DNA of 64,000 nucleotides from Escherichia virus TH47: sequence record MT446416.1; one strand, 5' to 3'. Shown piece by piece: positions 57,858 to 64,000 of this stretch (position 1 is its first letter; each line of letters starts with the position of its first letter). The notes under the pieces were generated by a model. It saw only the letters and a program-made list of their open reading frames with translations, ran no database searches and was not told where the DNA came from. The position numbers and the translations under genes were made by a program.

Positions 57858-57909
57858 GGTGTATCTCCTGGACTTGAGGGGAAACCATTTCCCCCTCTCG
57901 ATGTAAAAC

Positions 57910-57937
57910 ATTATACGCGAATTGCGATAGTATGCAA
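57910..57937 (-). promoter_or_regulatory. promoter P2 TTGCAT-16-TATAAT with 5' UTR hairpin
   Basis: Hairpin GAGGGGGAAA/TTTCCCCTC at 57876-57898. Confidence 0.55.
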
Positions 57938-57939
57938 GT

Positions 57940-58065
57940 ACTTTTTTAAAATAGTTTTCAGTACTGAATACTTATATAATAGATACATTTATGCACCCGG
58001 TGGGTTAGATTGTTTTCATGCATATATAATAGCAAAGGGACTGACCTGAGTCAATCCATTTTTTT
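57940..58065. repeat. intergenic repeat module, copy 2
   Basis: ...atgcacccggtgggttag...catatataatagcaaagggactgacctgagtcaatccattttttt. Confidence 0.55.
58026..58054 (-). promoter_or_regulatory. upstream tandem promoter P1, TTGACT-17-TATTAT
   Basis: Same architecture as 56922-56950. Confidence 0.45.
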
Positions 58066-58073
58066 AATCTTTT

Positions 58074-58658
58074 TTATCGTGTTATAGTTACGGCTTTTAC
58101 ATCACGCTTTTTATAGTACTGATTCCAGATATTGCGGGTTAAACCGTAATCAAGTACTTTAATCAAGCCGTTACGATCCTGGCCGATATTCTGTTTTCTG
58201 ATATCTCTTATAGTTAGTGTTGATAAGGTATCATCAACGTGTTGTAGTGCATCAGCAAAGCGGTGCTGGCGTTCAATGGTATTACGTTTAATATTGCACT
58301 TTAATTCGTTGCACGCGTTAACGTGCTTTACGCTGCCTTTGCTTGCAGTACTCAAACGATCCATAACAATAAACATATTATCAGGATCGCTTAAATGCAT
58401 ATGCACCTTAGCAAAGTACTGTTTCATTTGAGGGCGGTCATAATCTAAAAAATTCCATACCTTACATTCAGTTTCATTTTGTTCTACACCCGCATCACAA
58501 TTCGCGACCTTGATCACTAACCGATCATTTAAAGCGAATACTATACGGGAAGAACCCGCACCGATGATCTCAAGACCAGCTAACCGACAAGCTGAAAGGA
58601 TCTCTTTGTTGGTTTCCATTTCTGACAGTGTACGGATAAATTTAGTATAATTACGCAT
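58074..58658 (-). CDS. protein-kinase-like protein (Ser/Thr kinase fold), 194 aa
   Basis: Glycine loop IGAGSSRIVF, VIKVA lysine, catalytic-loop-like IRDIRKQNIG, DYG in the DFG position; track start is a TTG inside the promoter, trimmed to ATG at 58656-58658 with AAGGAG upstream. Confidence 0.55.
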   Translation of the reverse strand: MRNYTKFIRTLSEMETNKEILSACRLAGLEIIGAGSSRIVFALNDRLVIKVANCDAGVEQNETECKVWNFLDYDRPQMKQYFAKVHMHLSDPDNMFIVMDRLSTASKGSVKHVNACNELKCNIKRNTIERQHRFADALQHVDDTLSTLTIRDIRKQNIGQDRNGLIKVLDYGLTRNIWNQYYKKRDVKAVTITR

Positions 58659-58686
58659 TGCATTTACTCCTTGAATTGATGAAACT

Positions 58687-58715
58687 ATATTACAGTACTT
58701 TACTATCAATGGCAA
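58687..58715 (-). promoter_or_regulatory. promoter TTGCCA-17-TAATAT
   Basis: AGTACT in the spacer next to the -10. Confidence 0.45.
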
Positions 58716-58987
58716 CTACTTTTTTTAACATTAACGGCGTGGATCACTTCCTTAGTGTTTTTAGTACTGAATACTTTTGCCGCTCCTTGTTCGACCGTGA
58801 TGCGATAGCGACCATTAACATCAACCATATTAATAAAGTCCGGCGTGCTGAATGGTGTTGTTTTACATTTCAGTACGGTTAACAGTTCCACCAGCGATGT
58901 AGTTTATTTGATACGTTTTTCTAAAGTAATCATTTTGTTTTCCCCCGTGTTGGTATATATACATAGTACTAAAACATTTGAGTACTG

Positions 58988-59242
58988 TCAACGTGAAATT
59001 CTTTTAATAGCAGTATTATACTGCTGGTGCTCATACAAACTAATTTTACCAGTACTCTCGATAACGATTCTATTGTTAGTGTCTACATCGATAACACGCA
59101 GTTTACCGTTGCTTAACTTCCTAGGTAATATGTTACCATTAATAAACTCATTAGCAAGCTGTACGGCCTTTGTGATGATTCTCTGAGGGGCTTTATAGTG
59201 TACCCGCAAGATATTATCTTTAGATAGTTGTACCTTAATCAT
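58988..59242 (-). CDS. hypothetical protein
   Basis: ORF with AGGA SD. Confidence 0.5.
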   Translation of the reverse strand: MIKVQLSKDNILRVHYKAPQRIITKAVQLANEFINGNILPRKLSNGKLRVIDVDTNNRIVIESTGKISLYEHQQYNTAIKRISR

Positions 59243-59257
59243 TTTAGTTTATCCTAT

Positions 59258-59281
59258 AAAAAAAGCGGGAACTGATCCCGC
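59258..59281 (-). terminator. intrinsic terminator
   Basis: 6-bp GC stem GCGGGA/TCCCGC with 5-nt loop, T7 on the minus strand; 24 nt after stop of 59305..59700. Confidence 0.6.
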
Positions 59282-59304
59282 CGTGTTGTTAGTACTGCTA
59301 GGTA

Positions 59305-59700
59305 TTAGATAACCTGTCGGCGTTTACTGAATACAGTAACACTGTTTCCCTTGCGGTCGTGGCGGATCTCTCGTTGGTTGCGAATCAGTACACTTGGACG
59401 CTTCAAGTTAGCCAGATGATCCGCGTGAGTCCATGCATTCGAATTTACGGAAACTTTAATATCAGAACCCGCGACGAATTCATCTTGAGCGTTAAGAATT
59501 GCCGCCAGTTCTTCAGCTTGTTTTTGTTCTGCTGCTGTCAGTACTGGCTCAGGTGAATTCACAATATCAGAGATTTCTTTGAACTGTACGGCCCAGCGTT
59601 GGCCTTTCGGTGCATCTTTGCCCATGTCTTTAAATAGCTCACCTTCCTCGCGTGCAACAATACGGGCAGCTTCACGGGTAGCGTAGAATTTAGTAATCAT
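59305..59700 (-). CDS. hypothetical protein, 131 aa
   Basis: Start at fourth Met (MITKFYATREAA), ATG 59698-59700, AGGA 9 nt upstream. Confidence 0.55.
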   Translation of the reverse strand: MITKFYATREAARIVAREEGELFKDMGKDAPKGQRWAVQFKEISDIVNSPEPVLTAAEQKQAEELAAILNAQDEFVAGSDIKVSVNSNAWTHADHLANLKRPSVLIRNQREIRHDRKGNSVTVFSKRRQVI

Positions 59701-59744
59701 GGTATACATCCTATTAGTTAAGTTAGTACTACAAGCGAGAGTCT

Positions 59745-59773
59745 ATTATAAAGTACTATCTGTGTAATGTCAA
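59745..59773 (-). promoter_or_regulatory. promoter TTGACA-17-TATAAT
   Basis: Perfect -35 and -10, AGTACT flanking. Confidence 0.5.
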
Positions 59774-59795
59774 ATAGTACTTTAAATGGATTCTA

Positions 59796-60119
59796 TTACA
59801 TGTCTTTCTTACGTTTTACATCGTAGTAGCGAACTGTTATTTCTTTGTTAATCTCTTTTTCGATGCGGTGAATAACTTTTTCTTTCGGGTTGAAACCTAT
59901 AACGGTTTCTTTAATGATCTCCAAACCAGTGTATTCGCCTTGCGTACCGTAACCGTATGTAAAGGTTTCGTGTCCCAGGTCTTCCCAGCGGTCGCCAATT
60001 AACGCAGACACGTAGCAAGAGTGGTAAGTATTGCCGTTCCGATCAGTCCAGCGATTAACTTTAATGTCAAAGGAGGTTACAATTTTCAGTTCTACTTTCT
60101 GGGTAAGGATCATAGCCAT
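59796..60119 (-). CDS. hypothetical protein
   Basis: ORF downstream of promoter and UTR hairpin. Confidence 0.55.
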   Translation of the reverse strand: MAMILTQKVELKIVTSFDIKVNRWTDRNGNTYHSCYVSALIGDRWEDLGHETFTYGYGTQGEYTGLEIIKETVIGFNPKEKVIHRIEKEINKEITVRYYDVKRKKDM

Positions 60120-60175
60120 TTTTATTTCTCTCTTTTAGTTAGGAGGGGAACCATTCCCCTCACTTGATGTAATCT

Positions 60176-60203
60176 ATTATACAGTACTAAGATACTTTGT
60201 CAA
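60176..60203 (-). promoter_or_regulatory. promoter TTGACA-16-TATAAT with 5' UTR hairpin
   Basis: Hairpin GGGGAA/TTCCCC at 60145-60159. Confidence 0.55.
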
Positions 60204-60206
60204 TAC

Positions 60207-60482
60207 TTAAGTATTGTAAATGTCGTGAATAGTGATAAAGTTTTTACGACCGTAAACCTGTAAATCGGTATCAATGTAGTGTTTATCTAGTACATCCTCG
60301 ACGCTTAACGCGGTGTCGTGGATATCTTCGTAGAATTGAGGATCTACAATCTTGCTTAAGTCATCCGGTGTTAACTTATCGTTAAGCCATTGCACCGCCT
60401 GGATATCTGCTTCACGTTTCCAGTCTTGCAGGTTAGTAGTCAGTACTTGCTCGATTTCGTTAGCTGTCAGTAGAATCCGCAT
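60207..60482 (-). CDS. hypothetical protein
   Basis: ORF with AAGGAAA SD. Confidence 0.55.
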   Translation of the reverse strand: MRILLTANEIEQVLTTNLQDWKREADIQAVQWLNDKLTPDDLSKIVDPQFYEDIHDTALSVEDVLDKHYIDTDLQVYGRKNFITIHDIYNT

Positions 60483-60515
60483 TTTAATGTTTCCTTATCA
60501 GTGGTTGATGTAAGT

Positions 60516-60543
60516 ATTATACTCGTTTACTTTCTATTGTCAA
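60516..60543 (-). promoter_or_regulatory. promoter TTGACA-16-TATAAT
   Basis: Perfect hexamers, no UTR hairpin. Confidence 0.5.
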
Positions 60544-60631
60544 TCTTTTTATCAGGGGAGTTTTTCGTATGTCTTACTCCTGGACTACTTAACGGGGTTA
60601 CTTGTTTCGTTCCCCCGTCCTGATGTAAAAC

Positions 60632-60659
60632 ATTATACTTGATTTTAAGTACAATGCAA
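60632..60659 (-). promoter_or_regulatory. promoter P2 TTGCAT-16-TATAAT driving a leader that lacks a start codon
   Basis: Followed by hairpin CGGGGG/CCCCG and an AGGAG, but no ATG where sister modules have one. Confidence 0.4.
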
Positions 60660-60664
60660 GTACT

Positions 60665-60788
60665 TTTTAAAAATAGTTTTCAGTACTAGCCACCAGCAAA
60701 TAATAGATACATTTATGCACCCTGTGGGCTGATTTGTTTCTATGCGTATATAATAGCAAAGGGACTTACCGGAGTCAATCCCTTTTTT
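60665..60788. repeat. intergenic repeat module, copy 3
   Basis: ...atgcaccctgtgggctga...gcgtatataatagcaaagggacttaccggagtcaatcccttttttaa. Confidence 0.55.
60750..60778 (-). promoter_or_regulatory. upstream tandem promoter P1, TTGACT-17-TATTAT
   Basis: Same architecture as the other P1 copies. Confidence 0.45.
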
Positions 60789-60796
60789 AATTATTT

Positions 60797-60946
60797 TTAA
60801 ACTTGTTTTGGGTTGCGATATGTGATAGCGTTCGGGTACATTTGTTTAATGTTATTCCATGCCTGGTTAACATTATAACCACTTGAGCGAATCAGTTGGT
60901 TACTACCGACACCTTGAAACACTACTTCGAATAAGAATTCTTTCAT
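60797..60946 (-). CDS. hypothetical small protein, 49 aa (below track cutoff)
   Basis: ATG at 60944-60946 in ATGA overlap with upstream stop; MKEFLFEVVFQGVGSNQLIRSS... Confidence 0.35.
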   Translation of the reverse strand: MKEFLFEVVFQGVGSNQLIRSSGYNVNQAWNNIKQMYPNAITYRNPKQV

Positions 60947-61116
60947 GCTTTCACCTCGCGATCTGCTTTACCTTTACGCCACGCTGTTGCTAATTGTTCG
61001 CGTTGCCATAAGTCGAGTGATACGTAAAGTTTTGCATTATCACCCTTCGGATATTCGCCAGTAGTACCAATCCGATAAAACAGATCTTTCAGTACTGTCA
61101 ATTCTACCTGGATCAT
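60943..61116 (-). CDS. hypothetical small protein, 57 aa (start trimmed)
   Basis: Track ORF spans the UTR hairpin; ATG at 61114-61116 follows AAGAGGAAA. Confidence 0.5.
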   Translation of the reverse strand: MIQVELTVLKDLFYRIGTTGEYPKGDNAKLYVSLDLWQREQLATAWRKGKADREVKA

Positions 61117-61167
61117 TATACTTTCCTCTTTGTTAGGAGGGGAACTATTCCCCTCTCGATATAAAAC

Positions 61168-61195
61168 ATTATACACTTTATTCAGTACTGTGCAA
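61168..61195 (-). promoter_or_regulatory. promoter TTGCAC-16-TATAAT with 5' UTR hairpin
   Basis: Hairpin GGGGAA/TTCCCC at 61139-61153; AGTACT boxes flank the -35. Confidence 0.5.
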
Positions 61196-61202
61196 GTACT
61201 TT

Positions 61203-61415
61203 TTAATCTTTCAGCCAATGATCCTGAATGAATTTTTCACCAAATCCCTGTTTCATGGATTCTAACAGGCGTTCACGGTGAGCGTTGGCGAATTGCTCCG
61301 TACTATGCGTTACACCTGGTTGATATCTGGATTCACCATTGGGGGCGATGTATTGCACATCCCACGGTTTAGCGTTAGTATCAGACCATTTACGAACGAT
61401 TAGTTGACCTTGCAT
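61203..61415 (-). CDS. hypothetical protein
   Basis: ORF with AAGAGGAAA SD. Confidence 0.55.
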   Translation of the reverse strand: MQGQLIVRKWSDTNAKPWDVQYIAPNGESRYQPGVTHSTEQFANAHRERLLESMKQGFGEKFIQDHWLKD

Positions 61416-61464
61416 TTTTCTTTCCTCTTAGTGGGGAGAATCATTTCTCCCCTTCATGTAAACT

Positions 61465-61492
61465 ATTATACAGTACTATAATCTATTGTCCA
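61465..61492 (-). promoter_or_regulatory. promoter TGGACA-16-TATAAT with 5' UTR hairpin
   Basis: Hairpin GGGGAGAA/TTCTCCCC at 61433-61452; AGTACT directly upstream of the -10. Confidence 0.55.
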
Positions 61493-61501
61493 GTACTTTT
61501 T

Positions 61502-61690
61502 TTACAGTTTATGAATCAATTCTTTATCTAAGCGATAGCGTACATTATTAATAGTAACGGCATTGTTTTTAATGCTACGCTGTACTGGTCCACCAGCAAT
61601 AACAAACGTTGCCTTATTACCCCGAACAATGATAGCACTTCCTGGATTGCTGTATTCATCTTGTACTAAAATACTTGATAAGTTTTCCAT
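61502..61690 (-). CDS. hypothetical protein
   Basis: ORF with AAGAGGAAA SD. Confidence 0.55.
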   Translation of the reverse strand: MENLSSILVQDEYSNPGSAIIVRGNKATFVIAGGPVQRSIKNNAVTINNVRYRLDKELIHKL

Positions 61691-61737
61691 TTTTATTTCC
61701 TCTTAGTAGGGGAAGATGTTTCCCCTTGATGTAATAC

Positions 61738-61765
61738 AGTATACACTATCTTTCAGTACTGTCAA
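61738..61765 (-). promoter_or_regulatory. promoter TTGACA-16-TATACT with 5' UTR hairpin
   Basis: Hairpin GGGGAAA/TTCCCC at 61709-61725. Confidence 0.5.
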
Positions 61766-61777
61766 TACTTTTTAGTA

Positions 61778-62134
61778 TTACGATAAAATCATGATAGGAT
61801 ATTCACTATCGATCAGTACTTCGAATCCAAAACCTTCGTACCATTCTTTAAGATTAAAGGCGTTATCTTCTCCCGTATCGCATTCTAAAATGATACAATC
61901 GGAATCATCAGCGGCATCAATAAAGGCATTCATTAATTCGTTACCTTCACCATTGCCCCGACTATCAGGATCAACATAAAGAGAATCAATAAACGCTACA
62001 CGGTCATAATCAAGATCCGGTGCAATGATTCCACGTTTTTCAAACCAGTACTGCAATTGTGCTACTTTGCCCTGTACTTGATAGCCAGTGATCTCGCCAT
62101 TGTCAGTAGTACGCGTGATATGTTGTATTCCCAT
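61778..62134 (-). CDS. GNAT-family acetyltransferase-like protein
   Basis: Motif-A-like LYVDPDSRGNGEGNELMNAF (R/Q-x-x-G-x-G/A); 118 aa; GAGGA SD. Confidence 0.5.
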   Translation of the reverse strand: MGIQHITRTTDNGEITGYQVQGKVAQLQYWFEKRGIIAPDLDYDRVAFIDSLYVDPDSRGNGEGNELMNAFIDAADDSDCIILECDTGEDNAFNLKEWYEGFGFEVLIDSEYPIMILS

Positions 62135-62163
62135 GATTTCTATCCTCAGTTAAGATATAAAAT

Positions 62164-62191
62164 ATTATACACTATCTTTCAGTACTGTCAA
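62164..62191 (-). promoter_or_regulatory. promoter TTGACA-16-TATAAT
   Basis: Perfect hexamers with AGTACT after the -35. Confidence 0.5.
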
Positions 62192-62197
62192 TACTTT

Positions 62198-62455
62198 TTA
62201 TCTCATAGATCTATGCCAACAATTACGCGGGGGACGTTTAAAAGTACTATCATGATCCTCCTGGCAAGTTATGCAGTACATGCACCCTACAACGGCCTGG
62301 CGTCGATTCTCAGGGATTAAATCACCGCAATCATGACAATGTGTTAGTGATTCTCTTTGTGCGTTAATTTGCTTTCTAGCGTGGTTTACGGCGGCCTGAA
62401 TCACTGCGTTAATCTCGTCTTGTTCGGCCCCGTCTTTCGCGAATCCTACTGCCAT
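62198..62455 (-). CDS. DksA/TraR-type C4 zinc-finger protein
   Basis: CHDCGDLIPENRRQAVVGCMYCITC: Cys-x2-Cys-x17-Cys-x2-Cys with conserved RR; 85 aa. Confidence 0.6.
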   Translation of the reverse strand: MAVGFAKDGAEQDEINAVIQAAVNHARKQINAQRESLTHCHDCGDLIPENRRQAVVGCMYCITCQEDHDSTFKRPPRNCWHRSMR

Positions 62456-62618
62456 TATTTTAACCTCATTATAAAAATACTATATTACTGTAATGCTACA
62501 ATAATACTACTAGTACTAATCTTATTCAAACCACATGATACTACATATCCACCAGCATTACCACGGATAGTAACGCCTTTGTACTGTCTATATAAATTCA
62601 ACTGCGTTTATTGCCTTT

Positions 62619-62688
62619 GATCAAGAATTGATCAGAATTATACGCCTTATGCTAAATTGATCCAGTACTTTTTGATCATTTATTGATC
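62619..62688. promoter_or_regulatory. cluster of five GATC sites interleaved with two TATAAT boxes
   Basis: GATC at 62619, 62630, 62659, 62674, 62685, all as TTGATC(A/C), in 70 bp of the long leader upstream of the TraR-like gene. Confidence 0.45.
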
Positions 62689-62783
62689 AATATTATACAG
62701 TTACATTTGTGCACCCTATGGGTTGGTGACGTTCTCGTCTTGATGTAAGTATTATGCCAGTACTGGATGATATTGTCAATAGA

Positions 62784-62981
62784 TTATTTTAACTTTTTTC
62801 TGTCATTGATTAATGCTTTCAGTACTATACTAATGATTTGCAATGATTCATCAATGACTATAAAATTATTATCTTTCATTAGATGATAGTTACCATTGAT
62901 ATTATATTCTAATGAGTACTGTTTACGTTTAATTTTTGATAATGTTTCTATTTGTTTTTGTACTGATTTCATGCTAATCAT
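62784..62981 (-). CDS. hypothetical protein
   Basis: ORF with AGGA SD. Confidence 0.5.
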   Translation of the reverse strand: MISMKSVQKQIETLSKIKRKQYSLEYNINGNYHLMKDNNFIVIDESLQIISIVLKALINDRKKLK

Positions 62982-63086
62982 TGTTAAACGTCCTGTAACG
63001 CATTCTAACGATATAAACGGTTTAGTACTGGCATTGTATAGGGTAAATGATTAAAGCCCACCAGCGTTAACTAGTGGGCTATAATC

Positions 63087-63230
63087 TTACATCTTGCGGA
63101 TAATCTTAACAGTATCTTTCACCGATTTACCGTCTTGCTGGCATTGCTCGATCATCGCGTATTGTTCTGCGGTCAGATCCTCGCCAGTTTTTGCCAGTAC
63201 TGCATCGATGAATGAATCCAGTGCGATCAT
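63087..63230 (-). CDS. hypothetical small protein, 47 aa (below track cutoff)
   Basis: ATG at 63228-63230 downstream of promoter 63275-63302; MIALDSFIDAVLAKTGEDLTAEQYAMIEQCQQDGKSVKDTVKIIRKM. Confidence 0.4.
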   Translation of the reverse strand: MIALDSFIDAVLAKTGEDLTAEQYAMIEQCQQDGKSVKDTVKIIRKM

Positions 63231-63274
63231 TTTATTTCTCTCTTAGGTTAAGTTAACTACTGTTTATAAAACTT

Positions 63275-63302
63275 ATTATACAGTACTATCAATCTATGTC
63301 AA
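63275..63302 (-). promoter_or_regulatory. promoter AGTACT-a-TTGACA-N9-AGTACT-g-TATAAT
   Basis: Cleanest example of the AGTACT-flanked promoter layout. Confidence 0.5.
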
Positions 63303-63320
63303 TAGTACTGGTAATATATT

Positions 63321-63572
63321 TTATACGGGCTGTACCGCCAGTGTATTATCTGTTATAACCTGGTACATAACTTTTACAGTACTGTATGCTTCTTTGATGC
63401 TTAGCCCTTGAACTACAGGGACTTCATCAGCACCACCAGGAAGGGTACGCGAGATAACCAGTTTATCATTTTCTGAATGTACACAGTAACGATAGGTCAT
63501 CTGGCGACGGGCTAACGCATCATTCAAGTACTGTAAGTGGCGTTCTACGTTCTCGCGAGTAATACGGGTCAT
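63321..63572 (-). CDS. hypothetical protein, 83 aa (start trimmed)
   Basis: ATG at 63570-63572 (MTRITRENVER) with AAGGAAA upstream; track start lies in the promoter. Confidence 0.5.
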   Translation of the reverse strand: MTRITRENVERHLQYLNDALARRQMTYRYCVHSENDKLVISRTLPGGADEVPVVQGLSIKEAYSTVKVMYQVITDNTLAVQPV

Positions 63573-63608
63573 GATTGTTTCCTTAATAGTGTGGACTTGA
63601 TAAAACTT

Positions 63609-63636
63609 ATTATACAGTACTATCAATCTTTGTCAA
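63609..63636 (-). promoter_or_regulatory. promoter AGTACT-a-TTGACA-N16-TATAAT
   Basis: Near-identical to 63275-63302. Confidence 0.5.
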
Positions 63637-63655
63637 TAGTACTGTGATAATATTT

Positions 63656-63868
63656 TTAGTTAATGATAGTCAGTGTAAAATTGTAATCCCCTGCCTGGTA
63701 TAGTACTTTGTCGCCGAACGTACCAACACGTTTCATATTGCAATAGATACCCATAACACTTTTTACATCTTTGATATTCCGAACGCCTGTGATATCCTTG
63801 TTGAAATTTTCATGATCAGAAAATAAAACTTGTTTTGCATTTTTCAGTACAGTGCAGATATTAGCCAT
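63656..63868 (-). CDS. hypothetical protein
   Basis: ORF downstream of promoter and hairpin. Confidence 0.55.
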   Translation of the reverse strand: MANICTVLKNAKQVLFSDHENFNKDITGVRNIKDVKSVMGIYCNMKRVGTFGDKVLYQAGDYNFTLTIIN

Positions 63869-63920
63869 TTTGTTTTCTCTTTGTTAGTGGGGAGAATCAT
63901 TTCTCCCCTTGATGTAACTT

Positions 63921-63948
63921 ATTATACAGTACTATAATCTATTGTCAA
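63921..63948 (-). promoter_or_regulatory. promoter TTGACA-16-TATAAT with 5' UTR hairpin
   Basis: Hairpin GGGGAGAA/TTCTCCCC at 63889-63908, identical to the 61433-61452 hairpin. Confidence 0.55.
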
Positions 63949-64000
63949 ACTATTTTTTAATATTATTCGAAATCTTCTGGACCGGACTGATAATCATCTT

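Noticed and set aside
56887-58065. The GGGACT...AGTCAATCCC(T)6 hairpin as a plus-strand intrinsic terminator
   Set aside because: No credible plus-strand gene ends upstream of it; the AGTCAA part is the reverse complement of a minus-strand -35 TTGACT with a correctly spaced TATTAT, so a promoter reading is more economical.
16737-58715. N-terminal extensions of track ORFs 16737..17369, 55892..56356, 57594..57911, 58074..58715, 60943..61218, 63321..63626
   Set aside because: The extensions start at TTG or GTG codons that coincide with promoter -35 boxes or run through 5' UTR hairpins; internal ATG codons with SD sequences were used instead.
58706-58891. 61-aa ORF 58706..58891
   Set aside because: It starts at GTG, overlaps the kinase gene start region and lacks an SD; a 9-codon mini-ORF with an ATG sits upstream instead. 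Left unannotated.
41-62620. All plus-strand ORFs in the six-frame track (41..313, 372..602, 5156..5473, 57543..58049, 58845..59186 and others)
   Set aside because: Each overlaps a longer, better-supported minus-strand gene, has no SD or promoter context, and translates to low-complexity sequence typical of shadow ORFs in AT-rich DNA.
1-64000. Integrase, transposase or IS element (other than the GIY-YIG endonuclease)
   Set aside because: No tyrosine or serine recombinase or DDE transposase motifs and no terminal inverted repeats were seen; the repeats present are promoter modules and gene paralogs.

Overview
AT-rich phage DNA with T4-like early-region character; every credible gene is on the minus strand. 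Recognisable core genes are a DNA ligase N-terminus (1-120, runs off the window), a GIY-YIG homing endonuclease, polynucleotide kinase/phosphatase (pseT), RNA ligase 1 (rnlA), an HxGH nucleotidyltransferase and a Dam-family adenine methyltransferase. The main finding is about 36 kb of tandem paralog arrays: (A) about 50 genes of 100-210 aa between 21.5 and 49.4 kb, sharing only a short C-proximal motif E-E-x-[FY]-F-Q-x-S-[TL]-[VIL] (about 43 clear, 8 degenerate); (C) about 31 genes of 65-90 aa, mostly 49.4-55.4 kb, with the motif L-G-T-N-Y-Q-E, including one copy with an in-frame stop and one frameshifted copy; (B) five or six genes of about 90-100 aa at 12.3-14.4 kb starting M-N-x-x-D-I-Q-F-T-Y-K. 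Downstream (55.4-64 kb) is a slightly more GC-rich block of small genes, each behind its own sigma70-like promoter (TTGACA/TTGCAT, 16-17 bp, TATAAT), often flanked by AGTACT hexamers and followed by a conserved GGGGAR...YTCCCC hairpin in the 5' UTR; it encodes a protein-kinase-like protein, a GNAT acetyltransferase and a TraR/DksA-type zinc finger. Other points are a cluster of five GATC sites at 62.6 kb, a roughly 500 bp ORF-free island at 17.4-17.9 kb, and several intrinsic terminators. All functional calls rest on motifs read by eye and remembered homologs; no database search was run.
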